Positions 28,279 through 38,634 of a DNA stretch of 64,000 nt are shown piece after piece; position 1 is the first letter of the stretch, and every line of letters starts with the position of its first letter. Position numbers and translations under genes: made by a program. The notes beneath the pieces were generated by a model. That model saw only the letters and a list, made by a program, of their open reading frames with translations, was not told the DNA's origin and ran no database searches. Source of the DNA: Felis catus (lineage: Eukaryota); contig NC_058368.1 in assembly GCF_018350175.1 (NCBI RefSeq), forward strand, positions 49,106,001 through 49,170,000, read 5' to 3'.

Positions 28279-28513
28279 TTGAATTTAACAAATGAAGCAG
28301 ATGAACATTGAGGGGGAAGAGAGAGGCAAACCATAAAGGAGACTCTAAACTTTAGAGAACAAACTGAGGGTTGACGGAGGAGAAGTGGGTGAAGGGGTGG
28401 GTTAAAGGGGTGATGGGTATTAAAGGAAGGCACCCAGTGATGAGCACTGGGTGTTGTATGTAAGTGACATATATTCTACTAAAACTAATATTACATTTTA
28501 AACAAACTGGAAT

Positions 28514-28516
<3 letters not shown>

Positions 28517-28560
<44 letters not shown>

Positions 28561-28776
28561 TTTTAATATCTTTTAATGGTTATTATTATTATTTTTTTAG
28601 AGACAGAGAGAGACAGAGCGTGAGTTGGGGAGGGAAAGAGAGAGAGGGAGACACAGAACTTGAAGCAGGTTCCAGGCTTCATGCTGTCAGCACAGCAGGG
28701 CTTGAACACACGAACTATGAGATTATGACCTGAGCTGAAGTCAGATGCTTACCTGACTGAGCCACACAGGCATGCC
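28517..28776 (-). mobile_element. Can-SINE with (TTTA)n-expanded tail, nested in the L1 3' end
   Basis: TSD aacaaactg(g/a)aattta at 28501-28516 / 28777-28792. Confidence 0.93.
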
Positions 28777-28949
28777 AACAAACTGAAATTTATATAAAAA
28801 CTTGGAAGCACATGCAAAAAAATCCTTAAAAAGGAAAGAAATTTAATGGAGGAAAAGAGATGTAGTGAACAAAGGATAAAGAATATTTTTAAATGAAAGG
28901 TATCAAAAATCTTCCTTAGTTGAGTGAATGTAAGTTTTTATCTAACAAG

Positions 28950-29240
28950 AATCTCTTTGGATCAGCCCCTCTTTTTCATCTTTAGTCCCTGTAGTTTGGG
29001 TGAGTTTGACACTGCCTCTGGCTCCAGGCACAAGCTCCAGGACAAGTCAAAGTCCTCCCCAGAGCTTCTTTTGGAAACACTGTAAAAGTGACACTCTTTC
29101 GCTGGGATGGGAGATGATACAAGCCTAGAGTTTCCCATGGCCTTATTTTCTATTGTGTGGGGAATTACTGTCCAAGAAAAAGTCTACCTAGAAAGAAACA
29201 AAGCTAAGAGGTTGTAAGAAATAAACAGTGTCCTGTTACC
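28950..29240 (+). mobile_element. Old MLT1-like LTR fragment
   Basis: 'agtccctgtagtttgggtgagtttgac...ctggctccagg', 'caagcctagagtt' resemble MLT1J/K motifs. Confidence 0.5.
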
Positions 29241-29425
29241 AGCTTCCTCTTATTCTACTCTGCTTACAAAATGTCTACATCAGTCATATGAAATAGCTTT
29301 GATTTCTTTATTAGATGTGAGATACATGAACTTAACTATTCCTTTCAACTACCAAAGTCTAGATTTTCTTTGTAACATATATAGTAGCTATCTAACCAAT
29401 TAGCTGTCATCTAAAGTAGCTATCA

Positions 29426-30541
29426 CTACTCCATTCCAAAGAGGATTTGAGATAGTACTAGTACTAAGTCTCTAAGATCAATCGTGGGTTTATATAATTC
29501 TCAGTGATTCATCAGTGATTGAAATCCGTCTCAGTTTATCTCCAGTCTAATTTTGGGTGCAGATGGTAGGTAGATAAAGAAATACAGAGAAATCCCTTAT
29601 ATCTCGGGACAGTTTCTCAAAAAACTATTTCAATAACTTCCCCTAAATAAAAGACTATATCTGCAGCAATAATTGGCAGAGAGAGAAGTGTCAAGGGAAG
29701 ATATGTTGAATAATGAAATAACAGCCATCTGTTTAAAGAGGGCTTGGCAGTCTCATCCCATAAAGGGAGCAGTTATTTCCTCTGCCAAAAATTGGTCCCA
29801 GTGATGCACAGTAGACCAGAAGTACTGTGGCTTTATTTCACACATTAGATGCAAAAGATCTAGCACTCCTAAGGCTTCTGCATACCCAGAACCTTCTGTA
29901 ACACAAGACATTTTAAGCAAAGTCTTAATGTTTGCTGTTTATGGCCTTATTGCAAATGTAACTGGCTTATCAAATTAACTGGCCTTCATAGAAGCAGAAA
30001 GTAATTCCATTCTTTCACAATACAGCTCCTTCAAATCTGCTTTCTCAATTTAGACTTCCAGTCCTCAACCTTTTAGATGAAATCTCTTCCATCTCCCATA
30101 GCTTTTATTGTCAGATTTAGGTAATTATTTAATCCAGTCTAATGACCACATGTTTAAAAACCATTTTTCCTGTTAAATCTTCTATACTTGGTATCATGGA
30201 GCATGATAAAATTTTTTCTATTTTCCCACCTAACTCTTCTACTGCTCTTGGTCCACCCACCAGGCTGTATCTAGTTGCTCCAGAGTTTGAACTGAGAAAA
30301 GAACATGACATAGGGCAGAACAGCTTACTTGACTAGTACTGTTGTAATCTGGTCTTGGTGTCTTCTGTGTATGGAGTATTCCAAATGGTGGGTCTTCCTC
30401 TTGGTAGTGGTCCTGTAAGGGATTCTTCACCTGTATATGCCCTAATGCAGATGATGTTTCTGTACCTGGATACTTACCGCTCCATCCTTGGTCTCTGAGT
30501 TCCCACGGTTCATCCACTGTGGGAATCACCTCGCTTGGCAT
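29426..30541 (-). pseudogene. Candidate endogenous bornavirus-like nucleoprotein element (EBLN), decayed
   Basis: Minus-strand span from ATG 30541 to TAG 29428-29426 is 372 codons, mostly one frame with stops and compensating frameshifts. Translated blocks IEKADLKELYCERMELL, NIKTLL...GYAEALGVLDLLH, FLAEEITAPF-DCQALFKQMAVIS, SLDTSLS/LPIIAADIVFYL and LRNCPEI*GISLYF parallel BoDV-1 N blocks in order (comparison from memory, not a run search). Confidence 0.7.
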
Positions 30542-31606
30542 TCCATTTGAGTGGAATTCCTTTCATAATGACTAGTCTGACTTCCTTCCTTGGCTGTATC
30601 AAGTCTTCACTTGATACATTGCCTTGCCCCATGAAACTGTCATCAGAACAGCTCTCGTTTTTAGACCGTTCAAGTGTAAGTCAAATGTCAGGTACTGGTG
30701 TCAGCGTAAATGCTAAGTGACACCAAATCAAACTCCTTAAGAGGTTCTCTTGAACCTTACCACCTGTACTCCACCCCCACCAATGTGGCTTGAGTTGCAG
30801 GTAGAAGAAACTCTGCTCTACTAAGACTGGACCCCCAGGGAGTTTTTAACTCTCAAGCTAGTCTCACAAGGATACTTTTGACAGTTTTAACCCCCAGGAG
30901 CTCTACCAGATTCTCACTGCAAAGATATGAGAACAATCCCCTTCTGCTTCCAGCAAGGGATGAGGGGGCAGTAACATTTCTGAAATATTCTCAGAGCTTT
31001 CTGTTCCCCTTAACAAGATCTTACCCTAAGGGAAACTATTTTACCTAAACATAACTAATCTGGAGAGAGGGAAATACCCAAATCCACCACCTTCCAGCCT
31101 TTGACTTGGAAGAAGGGAAATATCCAATTGAACTTCACTAAAAGACTGTTCCTAATCATAGGAACAGAGAGCCTGTCCCTGCCCCCACACGTTACCTACA
31201 CATCATTTGGACTCCTCTGTAATAACAGGGGTTTGCAGCTAAAAAATTACAAGCCCCAAACCCTATTTAAGGAGTATCTAGGAAAACTCAAAGACAACAG
31301 TAAAGACAAAACAGCACACTAGAGGAAATTTTAGCCTCAACATCACAGTTACAGCAAATAAGAAACACAATCCAGCTACTAGCTAGAAAAAAACATGAAA
31401 TCTCATACTAAAGGCCTATCCACTTCAATTCTTTTTACCTAATATATCACATCAGGCTTTCAACAACAACTAAAAGACATGCTCAAAGGCAAAATACACA
31501 GCCTGAAGAGACAAACCCAGCATCAGAATCCAACTCAGATATGGTAGAGAATTTGGAATTATTAGACCAGGAAATTAAAATAACTGTGATTAGTATACTA
31601 AGAGTT

Positions 31607-32157
31607 TGTTATGACTTTCACAAATTAACAGTTGTTAAATGGAGCACAGGGTGCCAATGGTAAGCCACAGTTCAATAAAAGACCACACAGAAGTTTAAAT
31701 AGAGTTTATTACTCATAGGTTCTAGAGGAAGCACATGGCATGCTTTGAGGGGCCACATGGGGACGGCAAGGCAGAGTGCAGGCAGAGAGAGTAGCAGTAC
31801 TTGAGGTGCATGCCTTTACTAGAGTCTGTGGACAAGGTGCTTTGGGACTCCTGAATTAAGGACAGATTGGTCAATTTGAACCAAAAAAAGCAGTGTTTTG
31901 GAAAACTCCATGGGGGTCTCATCTAAGGGACAAACAAGGGATAGGCCTTGGGAGGCAGAGGAGACTGATGATCACAGAATTTGCTGCGGAAGTCATATCA
32001 AAAACTTACATTTTCTTGTGACTCTGTGGGCTGTTATCTGGAGCATGTGCCTTGCATGAGGGGGCTGGTGTCAGTTCCAAGTCTGTGTGGGCCATGTGGG
32101 CAAACCAAACGAATACCAAGGCAGAAAGACCATGGGGCAGCTTAGCTAAACTCTCCT
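31607..32157. mobile_element. Solo LTR (ERVL-like) inserted in L1
   Basis: Starts TG; 5-bp TSD gagtt (31602-31606) / gagct (32158-32162); removing it restores L1 'atactaagagctctaatggaaaaa'. Confidence 0.8.
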
Positions 32158-33021
32158 GAGCTCTAATGGAAAAAAAAATAGACAACATACAATAGCAGAT
32201 GTGTGATATAAACAGAGAGATGGAAACTCTGAGAAAGAGTAAAAAGGAAATGCTAGAAATAAAAACACTGTAATAAAAATAAAAAATGTCTCTGAGGAAC
32301 TAATCAGTAGACTGGTCGTAGCTAAGGAAAGAATTAGGGAACTTGAAGATATGTCCACAGGAACTTCCAAAACTGAAATACAAAGAGAAAAAAGAAAGGA
32401 TTAAAAAGATGGGGCAGAATATCCAAAAACTGTGGAACAATTAAAAAAGATGCAACACACGCACAATGGAAATACTAGAAGGAGAAGAAAGAAACAGGAA
32501 AATATTTGAAGAAGTAATGGCTGAAGATTTTCCAAAATTAATCACAGAGCCAGGAAACAGATTGAGGAAGCTTATAGACCACTAAACAGCATATATGACA
32601 AAAAATCTACACCCAGCATGTCATAGTCAAGCTGCAATAAATCAAAGAAAAAGGAAAAATCTTGAAAAAAGCCAGAAAAAACCCCCACCTTACCAATAGA
32701 GGAAGAAAGATAAGAATTATATTGGCTTTCTCTTCCAAAATTATGTAAGCAAGAAGAATGAAATGGAATATTTGAAGTGTTGAAAACCCAAAATTCCACC
32801 AACCTATATTTCTATATCCAGCAAAACTGACCTTCAAAAGTGAAGGAGAAATAAAGATCTTCTTAGACAAACAAAAAAATTGAGAGAATTTGTCACCAGT
32901 AAGACCTACCTTGCAAAAAAATTTAAATTATTCAGAAAGAAGAAAATGACACAGAAACTTAAATCTGCATAAAGAAAACTAGTACATTAGAGGACGAATA
33001 AATGAAAGCAAAATAAAAACT

Positions 33022-33243
33022 TTTATTATTTTTTAAAAGTTTATTTATTTTGAGAGACAGTGTGCACACATGAGCAGGGGAGGGAGGGAGGGAGAGAGAG
33101 AGAGAGAGAGAGAGAGAATCCCAAGCAGTCTCCATGCTATTAGCACAAAGCTAGATGTGGGGCTTGACCTCATTAACCATGAGATCATGACCTGAGCCAA
33201 AATCAAGAGTCCGAAGCTTAACCGATGAGTCACCCAGGGCTCG
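33022..33243 (-). mobile_element. Can-SINE
   Basis: T-rich tail, (GA)n, 'gagatcatgacctgagccaaaatcaagagt...gagtcacccaggg'. Confidence 0.92.
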
Positions 33244-33723
33244 TTATTTTTGTTATTCTTAATTGATCTAACAGATGAAAGTTTGTTCAAAAGGATAATA
33301 AAAACAATTTATTTGGTGATTATTGCTTATGAATAAGAGAAATAAATGATATCATTGTTATAAGGAATGGGAGGGAGGGAAGAAATTAGAATTCTGTTAT
33401 AAGGCACTTGCCATACCCATGAAGTGGTATAATGTTAATTGGGGGGGGGGACACCTGGGATTAATTGTGAATATGTATTGCAAATTCAAGGGAAACCACT
33501 AAAAGAAGAATAATTAATAGTATAATTGAGAGGGGGGAAATGTAATCATATAAAATTCTCAATTAAAAGCAGAGAAAATGTGAAAAGAGTAGAAGATAAA
33601 AAATAAATAACAAGGTCAATGAATAGAAAAAAGTAACAAATATTATGCATATTAATCCAAATGTATCAATAACCACTACTAACATCAAAGATCTAAATAT
33701 ACTAATCAAAAGGTAGACAGTCA

Positions 33724-33942
33724 GGGGCACCTGGGTGGCTGAGTCGGTTAAGCCTCCAATTTCAGGTCAGGTCATGATCTCATGATTCTTGAGTTCAAGC
33801 CCTGCATCAGGCTCTGTGCTAACAGCTCAGAGCCTGGAGTCTGCCTCAGATTCTGTGTCTCCCTCTCTCTCTGCCCCTCCCTTGCTCACACCCTGTCTCT
33901 CTCTCTCTCCCTCTCAAAAATAAATAAATGTTAAAAAAATTA
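33724..33942 (+). mobile_element. Can-SINE
   Basis: 'ggggcacctgggtggctgagtcggttaag'; TSD aaaagg(t/c)agac(a/t)gtca at 33708-33723 / 33943-33958. Confidence 0.95.
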
Positions 33943-34390
33943 AAAAGGCAGACTGTCAGAATAAAAACCAAGACCTAACTATATGTTATCTACTAGAAAC
34001 ACACTTTCAGTATAAAGCCATAGACAGACTAAAAATAAAGAAGTAGAGAAAGATATACCATGCTAACCCTCATCAAAAGAAAGGTGGGGTAGCTATATTA
34101 ATTACACATAAAGAAGACATCAGAGCAAGAGAAATTATCAGGGATAAAGTGGTGTATGACGTAATGATAAAAGGATAAATTCTTCAAGAAAACACAATCC
34201 ATAGCGTATTTGCCTAACAACAAAGCACCAAAACTATGTGAGGCAAAAACTGATAGAGGTACAAGGAGAAATATATGAATCCACAATCATATTTGACGAC
34301 TTTAAAATCCCTTTAATAGTAATCAACATATCCAGCAGGCAGAAAATCAAGGACATAGTGAACTAAATGGCACCATCAATCAACTGAATC

Positions 34391-34508
34391 CAACAACAGT
34401 AGAATACACATTCTTCTCAAGCTCCTATGGAACATTCACCAAGATAGAGCAACAACAGTAGAATACACATTCTTCTCAAGCTCCTATGGAACATTCACCA
34501 AGATAGAG
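34391..34508. repeat. Perfect 59-bp tandem duplication inside the old L1 ORF2
   Basis: caacaacagtagaatacacattcttctcaagctcctatggaacattcaccaagatagag at 34391-34449 and 34450-34508. Confidence 0.97.
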
Positions 34509-34764
34509 CATATTTTGCATTGTAAATTACAACCAATCAAAATTTGTCAGATGCATATAAAATAGTGCTTCCAGGAAACATAGAGTATTTAACGCATTAC
34601 TGGAAAAACCTAAGGCCAATAATCTAAGCTTCTACCTCAAAAAACTAGAAAAAGAAGAGAAAATGAAATCCAAAGTAGGCAGAAGAAATAGGGTCTTAGC
34701 ATATATCACATTTGTCAGAATTATATTTATAGAGGAAATTCAGCTGAAATTAAATTTTTACTAT

Positions 34765-34970
34765 ATTTTAGACAAAGATGCTCAAATTCTGTGTCAACCA
34801 TTTAATATCTGGGTAGCATCAAAAAATTATCAAATCTTTCTAAGGCTCAATTTCCCCATTTATAATAGAGACAAAAATGCTTATTGCATATGTTTGGTGT
34901 GAGGATTAAAATAATTCACGAAAAACACTTATCACAGTAGGCATTCAAGAATGGTAGGAATTGTCTTCAG
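34765..34970 (+). mobile_element. MIR fragment
   Basis: 'gctcaatttccccatttataata', 'gtgaggattaaaat', 'acagtaggcattcaa'. Confidence 0.65.
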
Positions 34971-37900
34971 TATCATTAGCATCACCACCACCATTGTCAC
35001 CACCATCATCACCATCACAATCAAATACACATTGATGGACAATATCAAACACAGAAGGATAAATGAAACCTGCTGAGATAAATGGTGGAATCTACAAAAG
35101 AAGCTTCCTCTTTGCTAGGGAATCTGCTTAACTATCACCTTCCTCAAAACACATTCTTAGGTGAACCCATCCTAATACTGATGGCTTATCTTTTCCTGGT
35201 CCCCACAGTGACTCAGTGATGAAACACTTCATCCCTTCAGGTTCTGCTAAGATATTCCACTCACATACACTCATTTATGGGAGATTTCCTAGCAGAAGGG
35301 AAGGCTAATATCATATGCCTTATTGAAAACAATATGGAAATTCTTATTAGACATTCCTGTTCTGTCAAGGTCCTGCTTAGCAGCCCTGCCAACAATGGTT
35401 TTGCTTTCTGACATCTTTTCCCATAATGTGCTGATTGATCCCCTGCCTTGTCTCTCTCTCTCTCAAGTTTCTCTTCATAAACTTCAAATTCCTCTCTCCC
35501 TGTTATTCAGAGTAATTTAGTTCTCCTTGGCTATGCCTCCCAAAAATTGTGTAACAGATTATATAATGTGGATTCAAAGAATTCCCTTTTTTAGGGCAGC
35601 TCACTGCACCCTGGTTTGTAGACTCTCTCTTGCCTGGCCATGGATGAAATCCTAGGCCCGTTCCATAGCTTTTCCAGGCACTTTTAGTTTTTGTAGCTCA
35701 TTTATGTTCAGTCCAATATTACGCCCAAATTATTTTCTTGCAGATTGAGGCTTCTGCCCTCCCCCAATAGCAGGGAAGGGTTTTGTGGTGTGCTTCTTTG
35801 TGATTTCCCTTTCTATCTCTTCTATGTAGCTCCTTGGTGGAGAGGCGAGGGAGGAGAAAAAGTTTGTAATTTACAGTTGTAATCTGTTGCTCATGCCTTC
35901 TAGGAGGGTTAGACGCTCAGCTGGCCCTTTATGTGGGTGCAGGGCACTCTGAGGGTTCCTTAATGATCTCTAACGGAAATCTTCCAACTGCAGGTTCCAT
36001 GATAGGTTGACATTTCCCATGCAGGCTGGGCTCTACACATGTTCTGGATCTTTTAGTCCATCCCCCATAAGGGCTATATCATTCTTTCAGGTGGTCCTCA
36101 TGGGCAAGGCCCCTCTGAAGTGACCCAATTCCCCATCCTTCTATACTAGGGTCAGATATGGCTTACAGGAAATATAAGCTTTCTTGCTCAGCTACACTCT
36201 AGGAAATGTAGGCTATTCCCAGAGCAGCACTGTCTCATAGTTCTGCAGCCACAGACTCCTGCAGACAGGTATTTGCAGACAGGTGTCACTATCTTTCAGT
36301 GTTCAGGTAAGACAGGTAACACAGCATTCTGATAGTACGGTCTCTAAAGAAACCCCCTCTACCAACACACCTTCATCAGTCACATCCCTTCTATGTTTCC
36401 TGGGGGTGCTGATGGTGTATGGCATATTGAACCGGATTTGGCATTTCCTCTTAGCAAATTGCGCATAGATGTTCTGGCACCACTATTAAGAATGTGTGAG
36501 CCCCGGACACTGTTTTAACTTTAGGGCTTTATTCAAAACTAAGACAACGGGACAATTCCCATTTTAACAACCTGCTTCATTTTTATATAGAAATCTGTCA
36601 GTATGCTCCGGAAAACTTAGGACTATAGATAGCAATTTTGTTTTTTGCATATGTAGTAATTTAATCTACTTTCTATTTTTAAAAATGTTATTTTTGTGGT
36701 ATTCTTTTAATTCTTGCACTTTGTGTTAAATTATAAGTTTTCTGAGGGCATGTTTAAGAAAGAGCCAATGAAAGAGCTGGAGAAGGCAGTTCAAATGTGA
36801 AAAAGCTTTCGCTGTGATAAAACGTCAAGGAAAAGTCCTTCTCTAATGCTGGCAGGACGGGTAGGGTAGGGTCTCTCTCACATTTTAAAATTTTGTTAGC
36901 TCTATTTTCTAATATCTGGAGATATAATGAATACTTCTATGCACATATAATATCTTATAAAAATGGACATTCTTTAAAAGATTAATAGTAAAAAATGTAG
37001 ACTGAACAGTTCATAGCTTTCATTTAAAAAAAAAGAAACCTCAAAGTTGAATTAACTTCCTAGAAAATAGCTTCAATCTCTTTTCATTTGCATTATAAAA
37101 TTTGAACTTAATAAGCCACCAGTGGTATAAATACATTAGAAGCTAGGTTGCCAATTAACATCCTTTTGGCCGTGCAGAGATAACCAAGCATAGAAAAAGT
37201 TAAACAAGTTTGACTTTAATGTAATTATGTTGGAGACAAATTTAATCAGATATTTATCAGATTTCCCTGAGGATCCTCTGAAGCAGTAGCATTAATATTG
37301 TTTTCCTAAATATTCACCGGAGCCAAACCTTCGATGGAAATAAACCAGGAAGCTGTCTTGTAAAGCTTTGAACCTAGTTCCTCTTGCATATTCTCACCCT
37401 CTGCAAGCATAAAACCCCTTTATTGGCAATGGTGCTATTTGAGTTAAGTACACTGGCTGTTGATCCCACATTGACCAGCTAGTGTTGAGACTGCATTACA
37501 GTAATTGCTTGTCTGATTGCTCAGAGAATCCCCTAATGATCCTAGTGAGATTAGGGATACAGGAATGTAATGGCAGGTGTGCACAAGGGTGTTAAGAGAA
37601 ACATGTCATCAAGTTAAGAGGGGCCTTCAGCATTACATGTGGAAAGCTTTGCTCCAATCCATTTCCCTACTTATATTGCCTTTTCAGCCCATCAGAATGA
37701 CTTTCTTCTTCTAGAAATGTGAATGAAGTGTTTGAATCATAAAAGTTTGTGGCCATTTTGTTTCTCAGCATCTCCTATGTGTTAGCATTCACACAGAGTA
37801 AACAGGTTTGCAATAAACGGGAGAGAAATAAGAAGAAAAGCTTGACACTTTGATTAAACAATTTATGTTCTAGTACTGGTTTTCACCTACTATCAAGATT

Positions 37901-38421
37901 ATTCAAGCCTCTGGAATTTAGTGCTAAATCACCATTTGAATGTTTCTAAGCTCAGCTCCAACTGCAATGCATCCTAAGTTTTCTATAATAGATTCTTCCC
38001 TAGAGCAAGATTTTGTTCACTTCTTGAAATGTTTCCTAAATGTACTATAGACCAGCTCATCCCCTTTTCATTCTGCATTAGGGTTTCAAATAAACACATG
38101 ATAAACGCTGCTTTGGTTTCAGTGTTACAGTTCACAGATATCTTCTGCTAAGTTCTTGGGGAGTATGGAGATGAATGGTGCTGGCTTCTCCCTCATTTAT
38201 TGTGCTTTAATACAAGGAACAAAACAAGATGCTTCCTTGCCCTTGCCTTTCTACAAATAAATGGAGGGAAGGAAAAAGGGGAGGAAGATGGTGCGTCTGG
38301 TATTTTCCAGGGTTCACGTTTGGAAGGAGGTAAAATTTGAATTTTTTGTTTTTGTTCACTTTTGAAGATTATCTTAAAACCCTTGCTCAGTAACAGAAAT
38401 GCCTTTTAAAAATGTGCTTGA

Positions 38422-38634
38422 GGGGCGCCTGGGTGGCGCAGTGGGTTGGGCGTCCGACTTCAACCAGGTCACGATCTCGCGGTCTGTGAGTTCGAGCCCC
38501 GCGTCAGGCTCTGGGCTGATGGCTCAGAGCCTGGAGCCTGTTTCCGATTCTGTGTCTCCCTCTCTCTCTGCCCCTCCCCCGTTCATGCTCTGTCTCTCTC
38601 TGTCCCAAAAATAAATAAACGTTGAAAAAAAAAA
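38422..38634 (+). mobile_element. Very young, CpG-rich felid Can-SINE
   Basis: 'ggggcgcctgggtggcgcag...gagttcgagccccgcgtcagg'; perfect TSD ttaaaaatgtgcttga at 38406-38421 / 38635-38650. Confidence 0.98.

Larger units (their letters stand above)
27166..28835 (+). mobile_element. 5'-truncated carnivore L1 hosting three nested insertions
   Basis: L1 ORF2 end ('acaatgagatatcacctcatacctgtcagaatggc') through the 3' UTR; perfect 16-bp TSD aagaaatttaatggag at 27150-27165 / 28836-28851. Confidence 0.93.
30750..34690 (+). mobile_element. Ancient L1 (L1MB/MC-like): 5' region, ORF1 remnant (~32163-32900), inter-ORF region and ORF2 endonuclease start; split by an LTR and two SINEs
   Basis: ORF1-like 'tatatccagcaaaactgaccttcaaaagtgaaggagaaataaagatcttc'; ORF2-like 'ctatatgttatctactagaaacacacttt', 'agaatacacattcttctcaag'. 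Confidence 0.85.

Noticed and set aside
29426..30541. Alternative readings as a cellular processed pseudogene or filovirus VP35
   Set aside because: No cellular protein I could recall, nor VP35, matched; bornavirus N gave several ordered motif matches and similar length. Not formally excluded without a search.
34391..34508. Direct repeats as a CRISPR-like array
   Set aside because: Two adjacent copies with no spacers, in a eukaryotic L1 context.
38399..38614. Recurrent 'AQSV...QVMISQF...SSP' ORFs (also 8534, 47430, 47971, 53763, 57650)
   Set aside because: Can-SINE translations, not genes.
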